Assembly (NCBI RefSeq): GCF_964204645.1
Contig: NC_134031.1
Coordinates: 930,001-994,000 of the forward strand
Origin: Tubulanus polymorphus
Lineage: Eukaryota; Animalia; Nemertea
DNA: 64,000 nucleotides
Reading direction: 5' to 3'
The first letter of the stretch is position 1; every line of letters begins with the position of its first letter. Made by a program: the position numbers and the translations under genes. Positions 15,401 to 30,571 of this stretch are shown here, one piece after another. Under the pieces are notes generated by a model. That model was given only the letters and a program-made list of their open reading frames with translations. It searched no databases and was not told the DNA's origin.

Positions 15401-18400
15401 AATTGATATTTTGTTTTCAGGTTGGGAAGGAGTGAATTGTTCTAAGGATATTGATGAATGTAAAGTCAATCCTACTACAGCTTGTACTAATGGTCAATGT
15501 ATCAATAAACCAGGATCTTATATCTGTAACTGCACTGACACTGGATTTGAAGGTAACTAGTGTTGAGTTTGTGGGAACAAACTCAATCTCAAAATTCTAA
15601 TGAATTTACTCTTGAAACTTCCTGATTTTTCCTCTTGTCAACTACGACTTTAATGCTGGTAACATCATTGTTTTATAACTTCCATCTCTTTGAATTAGTG
15701 AATTGAATAGGAAATACAAATTGGGACCTAAGAATAGGGACACGATTTTAGTAATGTGATGACTTACACTTAGTAAAATGAATTGCAAATGAAAATTGGG
15801 ACTCTAAATAATTACGAATCCACTAAATTGACTGAGTTTTGCTCTATAAAGCTACCATACCCTAATCTAATGTAAAATCTCTTGTTTTTCTATTTCAGGT
15901 GCTAAATGTGAGAATATGATAAAGTATTGTCCACCAACAGGTGTGAATCCTTGTAAAAACGGAGCCCAGTGTATATCAAATGCTCCTGATCCGTTGTATC
16001 AATGTAAATGTACTGTCGGCTATGAGGGTCGGAATTGTGATCAGCCGAACTGTACTGCAGTGAATTGTATGAATAATTCAACTTGTATCATCACTAATCA
16101 AAACACCTGGCAATGCCAATGCCCGAAATACTATTACGGTAAGTCTATTTATAAGTAGTCTATCTACGGAGCCAGCTTTGCAGCTATATTTTAAATGATG
16201 CATTTTAATATTTCAGGTCAGCGTTGTGAAACTGCCGGACCATGCGTGAATTCTCCGTGTCAGAATAACGCTCCATGCGTTCAGAATCAGCAGACGTATA
16301 CCTGTACATGTCCTACAGGTAAACACTATCTCTACAATCATCAGTATCTCTCTGTATATAGTGTGTAGAGACTTTTCACAAATCCTCTTAATCAATATTC
16401 GTCAATCACGACTCAATGAAATTATGTGTGTCACATCTCAGAGGCTTGACTCAATAACTGTTACTAAACATACATTCAGCAGTAGATAGCTCTACTGGTC
16501 GTGAAGACATAGACTCGGGCCGACAATGTGACACAAGCCTCTGTGAAGCAAATGTTCTTAGTGTGATTTTACAATTAACAACCGCACAATGATGGATATC
16601 TTTGACCCAGTTCCGCAGTTCTAATTCTAATTAACTAATTCTTACTTCAAATCAAACCGACAATTATGGAACTGGGTTCTACACTGAGCACATCTTTCTA
16701 GACTAATCCACGGACGGTGGGTCTATTTTACAGGCTGGGAAAACCAGAACTGTAGCGCCGATATTGACGAATGCACCCGACAACCGGGAATATGCCTAAA
16801 CAACGGCAACTGTACAAACACACCTGGCAGTTATAACTGTACCTGCGTACCGGGATTCATCGGAAAAAACTGTGGCACGAATTTCAACGAATGTTCGTTG
16901 AATCCGTGTCAGAACGGGGCACAGTGCACCGATCTGATCAACTCATATCAGTGCACGTGTTCATCTGGTGAGAAATAGAATGAATCACTAATCATATCAT
17001 AGACCTTCATCAAAACATTCAGCATTCATCATCCAGTTTCGTGAAATCGTTCCAGCCTACAGCCTATTAAATCATAGATAATGAGATTAAAAGCCTACTG
17101 TATGCAGGGTCCGATCTAATTAATGAAAGCCACTTGCCCGGGGGGCAAGCATATCTGAAATTTTGCTTGCCCCCTCCAAAAGCTACTTGCCCTACACAGG
17201 CATACCGATTTGTGGCACAATTCACCGTTGTATCGAGTGGGGAAAAAAAGCTTTGTGTCATAAAATTGCGCTAGCCCTGGGGACAAGTGATAATGATAAC
17301 CTATTTGCCCTGATGTGAATATACTTGTCCCGGGCAATCGGGCAAGTGCTTAGATCGCACCCTGTGTATGCAAAGGAAATCCATCGCGAAATTAAAGTAT
17401 GTGACAGAAAACATACATTTTGGTCACCTTTCTGGAAATCGTCAGGTGTCCTTTATATTTGTATATAGTGGGTTATATATCTTATTTTCCACGGAGTGTA
17501 GAGTATGCACAGGTTCATTTGTTTTCCTGAAACTGGCCCCAGGTTGATACAGTAGTTCAAAATCAAACATTTGAACGGTTCTTTTGTCCTAGAAGCGTAG
17601 GGAGGAAAGCGTAGTAAAGATAGCCAACTTCTGTAGAGTTATTTGATAAAGGTCTATGCAGCACTAAAACACTTTGATATAGCACCGAGCAATAGAATAT
17701 GGTTTTACAATCAGAACCAACTTCAGCACAGATTCTATTGAACGTACCAGTATTTACACGAATAATCACTGATAAGAATTGTTCAAAAGTTGGTTAGAGT
17801 TAATCAGTTGTTAAATGACAAGATGATAAGTGTCACAATGATATTTATTCACCGGTCAACTCAAAACTCAAACCACCTCTTGAACAACTGACCACTGAAC
17901 ATAAGTTTGTGTATATAATAGAGTATTGTTGATAATTATAGGTTGGCAAGGAAAGAACTGTAACACAGATATAGATGAGTGTAAGAATACAGTGAACCCG
18001 TGTTTAAATAATGGTACATGTACGAACGGACCGGGCAACTATTCCTGCGTGTGCCAGCCGCTGTATGTCGGAGGGAACTGTCATTCGAAAGACCCGTGTT
18101 ATAGTGGTACCGCACCGATATGCCTAAATAACGGAGTCTGTAATTCGACATTTAACGATCAGACGAAGAATGCTACGTTTTACGGCTGTAATTGTGCGAG
18201 TGGTTTCTCTGGATACAGGTGTGAAAAAGCTGTAAGTAAAATCAACGCCTGAAGATTGACGTTCAGCAGCCAGTTGCTCAAGAATTGGTTAAAGATAACC
18301 GGCCGATAAATTCCATAGTAACGAAGAACTTTTAACTGTCACTATGTCAACTATCTACTGGTTAACTCTAACCAACTTTTGAGCAACCGGCCACTGTTTT

Positions 18401-18986
18401 TACGGAAATCTTGGACTATTTTCATTTCCATTTTTAGCCGCAGCCACAACAGAATATATGGTTAATAGTAGGACCAATCATAGCGTGTTTAGTGGCTTTA
18501 ATCATAATCATAGGTAAGTTTACAATCTTGGTTCAGTTGCTCAATGGTCTTGTAGTTCGTGGTTGGCTCCATTAGTATTTTTCCTGGCCGATGAATTGCT
18601 TTTCCGGCAATTTCCTGAACACTGGGCCAAAATTATTTTTTCCTCCCCTGTCCTGGCTGATGAATATTTAAGCACTTTTACGGAAATCCCTCTTGACATC
18701 CATCCAAAAAACCCTCCTTAAATGCTGGATATCACACTTATCTTAGTATTTGACTTGGAACATTGGAAATGAATGACATGTGTAATTTTGAATCTAGAAC
18801 TTTTCAATTTTGTGATGAGTAATAAGTAGTATTTATTTGTTTCTAGCGTTAATCGTGTTCTGTGTGTCGTTACGTAATAAACGCGCGACCCACGGAACGT
18901 ACAGTCCTAGTCGTCAGGAGAACGAAGGATCAAGAGTTCAAATGAATAACATTCTAAAAGTTCCGCCGGAAGAACGACTTATATAG
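454..18986 (+). CDS. crb: Crumbs cell-polarity transmembrane protein; multi-exon, 5' end lies upstream of the window
   Basis: GT-AG exons encoding about 22 EGF repeats, LamG (exon ~8352-9392), EGF, LamG (~9796-10498), 2 EGF, LamG (~12623-13382), then about 14 EGF. TM exon 18438-18513 ([19 protein letters not shown]). Last exon 18847-18986 gives the 37-aa tail [37 protein letters not shown], with FERM-binding GTY (Y10, E16) and PDZ-binding ERLI. Confidence 0.96.
4390..4482 (-). mobile_element. tRNA-derived SINE head (degenerate)
   Basis: Minus strand GGCCCGAGTAGCTCAGTGAG (A box) ... GGATACGAGTCC (degenerate B box); no cloverleaf. Separate SINE-like copies at ~4108-4250, ~5070-5220 and ~47487-47600 share GTTCTTCTCT...TCTCTC...GAAAA. 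Confidence 0.45.
9540..9648. mobile_element. ~110-bp MITE family with CCAGTTCCACAGTT TIRs; other full or partial copies near 1919-2040, 5714-5841, 15226-15339, 16606-16678, 51157, 55130-55208, 58487
   Basis: CCAGTTCCACAGTT...AACTGTGGAACTGG termini with internal GAGTTAACTC palindromes. Confidence 0.8.
17105..17364. mobile_element. 260-bp non-autonomous DNA transposon in a crumbs intron
   Basis: TIRs CAGGGTCCGATCTA / TAGATCGCACCCTG, subterminal ACTTGCCC repeats, flanking direct repeat TGTATG (17099-17104 and 17365-17370). Confidence 0.75.
18269..18392. mobile_element. MITE (related copy at ~17770-17893)
   Basis: GCCAGTTGCTCAAGAATTGGTTA is mirrored by TAACCAACTTTTGAGCAACCGGC. Confidence 0.65.
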
Positions 18987-21900
18987 AAACGGCATCAGTG
19001 TGTGTGACAAACTAGTCTCAACCAGTCAGAGAGAACCGTCCTAGAATAGTGTCTCTCGGAATAATCACCAGGGGGCATCGATGTTCCAAACCACTACTAC
19101 TATTGGAGAGTAGTTACTACTACTATTTCTAGAGCTCAATTACGACCAAAAATATCAAAATACTTCCTCAATCGGAACAGCTTTTAGTTCATTTTCCATT
19201 AAAATACTGGTACTTTTTGACGATCTCAAATTGCTCTAATTTTTGGTGGAAAACTATTGCAAATCGAAATAGCAGATAATGTCAGGTGTGATAACAGTTA
19301 AGTGATTTTGATGGAATGGATTTACGATGTTATTTATCGATGAATTGTTAAGTATTTTTGCATTTAATATTATTCATATATGAATATTGACGTATTCTCT
19401 AATGATCATTGCTATTATTCCTTCAAAGATAAAATTTCTAAACTTCATTTTATGAAAGGCTTTGAAATGATTGAAAGGATAACTACCAGGGGGTGGGGGA
19501 CTTCAATAGCTGCCATTTTGTGTATGTGGTGCTTTAAAATGCATGTATAGATTTTGCATATAGATATTTAATACACACATAGGGACTGTTAGTAAATTAC
19601 TATTAGTCTGAGAATATTCAGACTGTTGAATGAGGAGTATTAAGGTCTTGCAGCCACGCTACACAACAAGTGATTTGCATGACAGATCCCCGAGACTTCT
19701 ATACCCTGACAAACATTGACAACGATAGCGTTCTACATCATTTACTTCATAGAAATACAGAAAGCATTCAGACTTTATAAACATACAATAAGGTTCATTC
19801 ATTTGAATTATCAATATCAACCAATATTCTCAACGGTTTTGCTTTTTGGAATTTCAGTAAAATATATAGAAACTCACTGGAGTTTTTACATGTAGGTTGC
19901 TAACAGCAGCAGAGAGATTAATCAGTAAATATGGCTTCAGTGGTTCTAAATTAAAGCCACGTATTACATCTGCTATAGAACTGATAAACAGTATATTCAA
20001 ATAGCTTCCTTTGAAACTAGAAATTTTGCCAAGAATGAAAGATTTGCCACAGACGGACACAATCTGTACCACTTTTCTAGAAATGTACGAATATATTTTT
20101 TCACTTCACACTTTCTATAGCGCTTTCATACAAACTGCTGCCTGCCTGCATTCATTCATCAAGGAAATTAAGAGAATATTTTGTGAAGTGATGTCGTTAT
20201 CTCTTGTTATTGTGTGTTCTATGCAATTTAATCATGTTAGTAGAAATGGGATCATTCAGTTTACACATGAAAAATGGTTAGATTCTATAAAAATCTTAAA
20301 CAGTTATCAATCAACAGATCCTGCACCGTCCTTGCCAGGATATTCAATTCGATGTTCTTCCAATTTTTGATCGCTCGGGTTTCACGCGAGTTCCGAACTT
20401 CACCCAAGACATTTTTAGTTGAAAGTGAACACCATACTATCAGCAGACTTTCTAAAACTGATCGTCCACTAAACTCACAGGCTGCAGGTTGATAACTGTA
20501 TTAGAATTGATAGGATCTGAATCACCCCAAGCTACGTTTAATATATACAATCAAAATATTTCGTGTATGAATTAATCATGTGTTGTAAGATTTTCAATAA
20601 TGTGTAATGATAAAATGTTTTATTTATTATTTATTTATTCTTATATTAAAAACGAAGGCTTTGTACATTAATATTTTGCTATATTTGAAAAGGCTGTAGT
20701 GAGGATGGCTGTAGCAGGGACTGTTGTTTAAACGATGCGAATTCCATTTGTAAATAATTACATTCCAAAATTACGAAAAAACGTGCCATAAAATAATCGG
20801 GTATTTTTGTAACGTAAAATTTTGTGTCCCTCCTTTTTGAGCGTTTGATCAACTGCGAAGTGTTAAGAGAAATGAGTGAAACAAACCGAAATCCTCACGA
20901 CAAAAAAATACAAGAGATAAACGTATTGTTTGAAGAATAATGAAGAATATATTAAATATTGCATGTAAATCTTATTTACATATCTTTTATATATTTTGTA
21001 TATAACATGAATAATTTACAATATTATATTATTCCCTCCAAACTAATCTAATATAATAGATAATATTTATATTTTTATTCCATGAATCCGTCAGCTAAGT
21101 ACATGTGTATCTTATATTGCGTCCCTAAATGCTCTAATATTGCGTCCGCTTCTATGGGTCTATATTCCTTCCTCATACAGTGAAACCTCTATCAGGGGCA
21201 GACTTTAAATGAAGCGCAAGGAAATGCAAAAAGGCGTGAGGAGGGAAAGTATCCACAAAGTTTAAACAGACGTCTGGAATATTTCTAATTCTAATGCAAT
21301 TTCCAGTGACACTTAGGTGAATCTTGAAGAAATTTGAAAATTGCTATTTTGTTTTTCAAAAGGAAAAATTGCGATGGTAGCATTGACTCCTTGTATTCCT
21401 GCCTGGATCTGCCCTTGTAAATACCGGTATACGTCGGTATACGTATATGTCATCTAAAAGAATGAGGTCCATCTGTTCATTAATTACTCACACTCAATAA
21501 TGTATTCAAACATATCAATGTTAACAGTTATCATTTATAATCATTAAACTGCCAAACACAACGCGAGCAGTCAATTATCATTCGTTAATTAGATCTGATA
21601 ATTAATTATTGATTTCAGTCAAACTCTGTGTTCGATTCCAGCGAAAGTCTGTTAAAGATTGTAACATTCCATTTTCAAATCGTAAAATTTTCCAGCTCAC
21701 GTATTGAGCAAGTTCCAAACTGCTCCTCTCTCCAGTGAAGACTGGTTTGACTGTAATCAATTGAAAGATTAAGATCTACCGTTAATTTAATCGTGGATTA
21801 TGATGTTATTAATGAATTTAAGCTCGCTCTAGTTTAATCATGAACAGTATTGTGTATTTGTTCGGTATTATGCAATAAAATTTCATCAATTTTTATCAAA

Positions 21901-22332
21901 ATGAAGTATTTTTCAATTTGAAGGAATTCTATTTCTGTAAATGGTCGAAATGCGTTATACCAGTAGCAAGGGAAGCAACCACAAAATAATATACATGACA
22001 CCCATCTGATCTGCAGATCTCAGAAATCATGGAATAATGACTGCGACAAGCAAGCTGGCCGCTTATGGCCAGCACGAATTCACCAGGTGTCGCTAATAAT
22101 TATTCAGACAATTCCACCAGATTTCTCTCTAAGATATAATCGAAGTCTATCCATAATTTCTCGTTTTCAAATGAATGAAATTTACGCTATATTTGAACTG
22201 TAAAGATTAAACGAGTTTAGGAGGCAAAACATTTAGATTAAAGTTAATTGAAAATGCACTAGTCTTCACTTGAGCTGTCCTATTGATGCACACGCCATCT
22301 AGTGGTGTAGCTGGTGACAGGGACCTGGTGTA

Positions 22333-23013
22333 TCACGACTGAGATAGAGATATTGTTGCTTGATTACGTAATTCCTCAACTGTCTCTGATAATTGTTGAC
22401 TGACTTTCGTTAAATGTTCGTTCTGTTGTTTCAACGTCTCCGGAGCGTTTTCTAATTGTTTATTTGAACTGATGAATTGTTCGACTTTCTGAAACAATAC
22501 GTCAACCTCGGCATAGTTTCGACAACTTTCCGCGTCCATCGTTGGGTCTTCAAACGATTCGATCATTAAACTGTTTAAATCATCACCGCTGTTTGACCCC
22601 GCTGAAATACACAAACAGTAGTCATTGTTATAATCATTGTTCACATGGTTACAAGAAATTCAATGTATTTCATGGGTGGTTTTTGAATTTTCAAAAAAAA
22701 TGGAAATAGGGTCTTCATTAAAAGTTAATGTCATCAGATAACAGGTTCACGTCAACATTTGATTGGTGACAGGTAGATAGAAGTTGAAGATGATCTTTGA
22801 GGAAAACTTTCTATATGATTGATGATAGAGAAAATGAATCCCTGCAGAGACTTACTAACCCGCCGAGACAGTGCGTTTAATATGTGTTTTATTTGGGTTA
22901 CAAAAAGCCACGTCATTTATATCTGCGTTGCGTATATCTTCAACTATCTGATTCACGTAAGGTATCGCTGGTCTCGGTGGAAGTGGAACCTGTTTCTTTT
23001 TATTCTTCGACAT
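22333..23013 (-). CDS. C19orf25: UPF0449 family protein, C19orf25 homolog (coding exons 23013-22860 and 22601-22333)
   Basis: N-terminus MSKNKKKQVPLPPRPAIPYVNQIVEDIRNA matches the recalled UPF0449 motif (LPxRPxPPTVEQILEDV); coiled-coil-like C-terminus; phase-compatible GT-AG intron; an acceptor just before the ATG implies a 5' UTR exon ending near 23227. Confidence 0.82.
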
Positions 23014-23226
23014 ATTTCTGAAAACAATCACGAATTCCATCAATAAAAAATACAATTTAGATTTAACTTTTGTGACACGTCTATCTATGAACATTGAAGA
23101 AAATGAGAAAAAAAGAAGGAATTTTGCTCAAAACAAACTGAATCAAACACGCACACAATTAGATCTTTAATCTATTAAACTAATAAGGCATCTTAATGTA
23201 TCATATGTTATATAAATTGCACTCAC

Positions 23227-23300
23227 GCTGAGCAGCTCCCGATCAAAGATTCTACTTCCTTGTTCAATATATTATATTGAATTGAATTCAAAATGGCGGC
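23227..23300. promoter_or_regulatory. Compact bidirectional promoter shared by C19orf25 and MRPL47
   Basis: Minus-strand donor (gtgagt, 23221-23226) lies ~65 bp from the MRPL47 ATG; YY1-type AAAATGGCGGC overlaps that start codon. Confidence 0.55.
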
Positions 23301-24912
23301 GCCCATGTCGAGTCGATTTCTTTGGGCCCTAAAAATATTTCGCAGTAATTTATCGAGCACCGGCGGCTGTTATTCTATATTCAATCAGTATCGGTCAGTT
23401 CTTCATAAAAACCACACCGGCGACAATTATCAAAATGAAATACTGTGAGTTTCGTGCCGAAATTAATATAATCATCACGTCTATCAATTCAATTCAATTT
23501 ACATTTATTCATCACATAATCCGTACATACAGAGATTGTCAATGAAGATGAAATAAGAATAGAAAAAACGAAAAGAAATTAGAAAAGAAATGTTGGACAG
23601 TGTACGGTGTTTATAAAAGTGTTGTGGCCACAGTTTGTGTTGGCGTGCATGAGGCAATCAAACCCTGTCCTGGCAAGTGAGGAATCGGGAGTTGTTATCA
23701 GTAGCTGCATTTTAATCGTATTTAACTTTGTTTTTAGCTGCCGTTCATTTTCAACGAGTCGAAACCAGCTTGATTTAATGGAATTTTTTGATGACAAGAA
23801 AAACTGGGAAAAAGAAGCGATTCAATGTGGTATGTATATAATAATACATAGCCAGGTCTAGTTATTACTGGTAGAACTTTATTTATTTAGTTTTTCAAAT
23901 ATTTTTGCATCACGCTTTTATAGGTCGCCCTTGGACTCACGAAGAGCTCCGAATCAAAAGTACGGTTGACCTGCACAAACTATGGTGAGCTGCCTCAATC
24001 TTTATCCGGGAGAGAGAGTTCATATATACCAGGGAATTCTGACTCTTCTTATCCTCATTGAGTAGACACAGCCAAAAATGTCTGGGAATTCTGATTCTTT
24101 TCATCAAAATCAGTGAAACTTTGTTTGAATTAATTATTTCCTGATCTGTGCTAACAGTGAAACATTGTTCTATGGTTAAAAAGTTGATTCGATGTATATA
24201 TTTTCAGGTATGTTCTGTTAAAAGAGAGGAACGTTCTTTTAACTATGGAAGCTGAATATAAAAGGTTACACGAACTATTTCCAGCCCCAGAACGCATCTT
24301 CAAGGTATTTGAAACATTTTAAACCCGACTCTGGTGGATGTACTAGATTTACAAGAATGTGGAATACTGTGGCAATTGAAGATTCCACCTTTAGCATGTT
24401 AGGATTCCACCAGGTGTCACTAGGATCCACTAGGTGTCTCTTGTTACTATAAACACGGAGTAAAACATTCAATTTGGTGGCACTTGTGAAAATGTATGGA
24501 TTTAGGACAAGTAAACGTGACACAGCGGGATTGCTGTCGCTGTTGTGGTTCCATTTCTGAATTTTGAATATTTTTCTAGGTCGAGGAAAGTATGGAAAAT
24601 CTTCAGGAGATAATGGCAGAACGCGATCGAGCGTATAATTACCTGGAGACGGGAGAGAGCGGAGAACGAGAGCCGTATATTCACATGAATAGAATGGGTC
24701 GTATGGTTAAACGAACCCCTTCCGAACATCATCTTCCGCGATGGATGAATTCGAAATTCTCGCGTCGATTGATCGGTCCGTGGATCAACGAATTCCGACG
24801 GTTAGAACGCGAGAAACTGATGAAAGAATCGCGAAGTAAAGACGTTAATAAACACCGTTATAAAAAGAGAATGATGGAAAAGTTTCCGCATCTGGATGTT
24901 GAAGAATTATAG
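23293..24912 (+). CDS. MRPL47: Mitochondrial ribosomal protein L47 (uL29m); exons 23293-23393, 23738-23829, 23924-23984, 24208-24304, 24580-24912
   Basis: Spliced translation gives a transit-peptide-like N-terminus, then [68 protein letters not shown], all MRPL47 signatures; intron phases are consistent. Confidence 0.95.
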
Positions 24913-25350
24913 TTTATTTTGTATTAAATAATGGACAATTTTTGTGTAGAATAAAGTATGTAATAGTCGATGAAAAATTAGAAGTATTTAAATTTAACCC
25001 CCATCATTACGTACCATCTCCCTCCCCAGGCTGGTTACCGCAGGACCACAAATCTACTTCGAACCCGGACACACGCCATTACAAACTGTTATAGACGCTA
25101 CCTGTGGCACGTGAGGCATTACTACGCTGCTGTTTTACCGAATGCTGATACATTCGCTGAGCACAGAGTTCTATTACAAGTGGCTTGATAATCATTTTTG
25201 AAAACATATTTTCCTTAAGTAAAGCTCTTTTGTTGATACAATGACATATCTTAGGCAAACAAGTGTTAAATAGTGTATAGAATTTGACTTGTATATCAAA
25301 TGAACGTATTCTGAGCTTAGGAGAGCAAAATTTGCAGGTCAGGGGCGACT

Positions 25351-25608
25351 GGTAGGGTCGGGCTATGGGGTGATTTAATGGTAGGTCGGGCTATGGGTGA
25401 TTTACTGGTAGGGTCGGGCTATGGGTGATTTACTGCTGAATAGAGGATGTACAGGGGTGTCCCAGGTTTGAAACCTAGTAATTACTGACACTGATTCAGA
25501 GTGGTCCTGATGCTGATTAAAGGATGTACAGGGGTGTCCAGGGTTCGAACCCAGTAATTACTGATACTGATTCTTCAGAGTGGTCCAGATGCTGAATAAA
25601 GGATGTAC
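25351..25608. repeat. Two short tandem repeat arrays (~27 bp x3, then ~77 bp x2.3)
   Basis: GGTAGGGTCGGGCTATGGGTGATTTACT three times, followed by repeated GCTGA.TA.AGGATGTACAGGGGTGTCC...CAGAGTGGTCC units. Confidence 0.8.
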
Positions 25609-26828
25609 CGTGGAGCCAGAGAACTGCCAGAGTCAGTTCGTGTTAGTTAATGCAAATCCAAGCATAGTGAATCTTAAGAATCGGCAGAACATAGCATCAC
25701 AACCACTGACTGACTGGTGAACTGATTAAGTTCAGAGTAGCTAATTAACTAAACAAACAGAGTTTCAAATAATTACATTTACTCTCATACAACAATTATA
25801 AAGAGAGAAATCGGCCCTGAAATATAGAACGGATTAATTGCTGAAAAATAGAACGAGTTAATCGCTGAATAATAGAACGGATTAATTAACACAGAACAGT
25901 ACAGGACAGTACAGAGACGAACAGTAACACATAAAACATAAAGACGTCGTTCCTCAGGAAGCAGGAACAGGAGCGCAGCGAAGATCGCCAGGATCATGAT
26001 CGCCAGGAGAATCCACGGAAGCATGTCTGCACAGTGTGAGAGAGCGGAGGTGAATGAATGGTTTCCTATGCTTAATACATACTGTGGTCAGCCGGTGACG
26101 TATTCAATAGAGCGTGTGAATATACCGCTATTGTGTCTCTTTGACTCTATTGACATTGTTGAATGGGTTTACATTATTGTCATTGACTTGAGCGAGAGCT
26201 TATAATACTACTAGGGCCGACGTCGACGAGTAGAGCACGCGCCAGTAGCCAGCTGGACAATATCGTAGAACTTTAATAAGGCCACTTGAGATAAATTACT
26301 TGATTCTCCTCAACAACTCCTCTCCGAATTTAGCGCCGCCTGTTTTTGTGGCCGATAGATAGAGGGTAGATAAAAGCAGTGATGATATCGCGCATGGTGA
26401 ATTATATGGAAGACCTGGAGGGACATGCCAGTTGCTGGTTGCTAGTTGCCAAATACCATTTGATAATTGTTCTCCGCCCGCTAGCGCCACCTCGGTATAT
26501 ACCTTTTGTTATTCATTACCGCGAGGCACGACCAGAATCCCACCTTGTAGTACCGGACCATGTGTCACAACAGGGCTACTTGTAGGTGGGGAGTTTTACA
26601 GAACCTAGTGGATGACAGCAATAAAATCACGACCACCGTTGATACAATGCCGGACTGCCACAATTTGTCACGTTTGATTTTTATGGAGGATGGATGATAG
26701 GCCAATATCCCTATATAAACAAGAATCTTTTTTAAATAGGGATACTGGTATCATCCACTCCTTCATCAAATTGTGACAAGCCCGTCTGAACCCGAGCCCG
26801 ACACCGACCCGCGTTGATATTATTGTTT

Positions 26829-27640
26829 GCGAATTTATCTGGTCAAATCAGATTTGATTTGTCTAATTATAATTTGCTAGTCACGTGCAATCTTATCAAA
26901 TAAGAGGCGAATTTATCTTGTCAAATCAGATTTGATTTTCCTAATCATAATTTGCTAGTCACGTGTAATCTAATCAAATAAGATTTGCACAACATGATGA
27001 ATTTGACGCCTTGTTCCAAACAGCTGACAAGAAAATACTGTCCCACTTGTTTAAATATTATTTCCCATGAATGGGTTTCAGGTTTCTCTTTCACTTTTGA
27101 CATTAATATCAGTTTTTCGACAGAAAATCTGTGAGTCCACCATCTTCAAATCGTATCAAATCGCCTCCGCGGGTGATTTGAATCAATTTGAATTTGATGC
27201 CGTGTTAAATTCAAAAAATTAGACCAAATAAAATTTGATCATGACAGGATAAAAACGATTTTACTTAAAATCAAATTGATTTGACGTGATAAATTCGCCT
27301 AAGATTTGCACAACAGGATGAATTTGACGACTTGTTCAAAACGGCTGACAAGAAAATACTACCCCGGTTATTGAAATATTATTTCCTATGAATGAGTTTC
27401 AGTTTTTCTTTAAGTTGTGACCAGTTTTTATCAGTTTTTCGAAAAAAATATGCGAGTCCACCATCTTCATTCAAATCGTATAAAATCACCTCCGACTTGT
27501 GATTTGATTATTTTATGAATCGATTTGAATTTGATACCGTGTTAAATTCAAAGATTAGACCAAATCAAATTTGATTTTGCCAGGATGAATTATACGATTT
27601 TACTTAAAATCAAATTTAATTTGACGTGATAGATTTGCCT
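26829..27640. repeat. Nested tandem duplications (~78 bp x2, then ~320-340 bp x2) upstream of alpha-tubulin
   Basis: GCGAATTTATCT.GTCAAATCAGATTTGATT at ~26829 and ~26907; AAGATTTGCACAACA.GATGAATTTGACG at ~26980 and 27301. Confidence 0.8.
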
Positions 27641-27778
27641 TATGGTAAATATCTTTATGGAAACATATATTGCCGATCAGTCCTTTAAGCAAAATATCGA
27701 TGAAAAGGGTTAAAATAGATCGGACGGGTGTCCGCTTGATATTGCTAGACCCTGGCAGGTGAGGTTCGAACGTCGTCA

Positions 27779-27880
27779 CGGTTGATTGGACGCACGTTTA
27801 ACGACCGATCGCGGTTGATTGGTCGCTCGTTAACGACCGTTGTCTATAAATAGTAACGGTCAAATATTGTTTCATTCAGT
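27779..27880 (+). promoter_or_regulatory. Alpha-tubulin core promoter: duplicated inverted CCAAT module, TATA box, initiator
   Basis: Direct repeat CGGTTGATTGG.CGC.CGTT(T)AACGACCG at 27779 and 27812; TATAAATA at 27845; TCAGT ~30 bp downstream; ATG at 27963. Confidence 0.75.
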
Positions 27881-27962
27881 TTCAGAGAGTTTGTGAAAAA
27901 GGGATCGTTACACTTCTTTTCGTCGCACACCGCTCGTATCGAGTATCAAATAACTTTTAATC

Positions 27963-30095
<2,133 letters not shown>

Positions 30096-30571
30096 ACTAA
30101 TTTATTGTAGTAGATTGATGAATAAAATCAACACACGTGATTATTATTGATTAAAATTAATATCGATCGTTGTTGTTTGTATCTATCTGACGATAAACCA
30201 AGAGAGGACGAGGAAATCTTTTACAGCCGTTTTCTGCACGCGACACGTCTAGCCGGATCGTCCACGAGAGAGAGGGGACTTGCGGGCCCTTTAGATTGAT
30301 GCCTTGTGACAACGTATTTCATATCCCTATGTCTCAAATCTTATAGGTCGTGTTTAAAAATACGTTTGAACCATTAAGGTAGGGATACACGAGCCTGATG
30401 AGGTGATTGGCACCACAGCATCAACCCCGGTCATAAGGGTTGCTGGAGATACTTACGGATGGAGCGTTCCTATTGTAGAACTGGTTATTGTTTGGCGCTC
30501 ATTGTGTGGAGCCGCCATCTTAAATATTTTATGTGGCTGGCTCTTAACCAAATAAACATACCAAAGATATT

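Noticed and set aside
454-18986. Notch, fibropellin or eyes shut as the identity of the EGF gene
   Set aside because: No LNR or ankyrin repeats; LamG domains plus TM and the 37-aa GTY/ERLI tail are diagnostic of Crumbs.
30395-30420. CTGATGA followed by a GGTG/CACC hairpin
   Set aside because: No GAAA after the stem, so the hammerhead core is incomplete.
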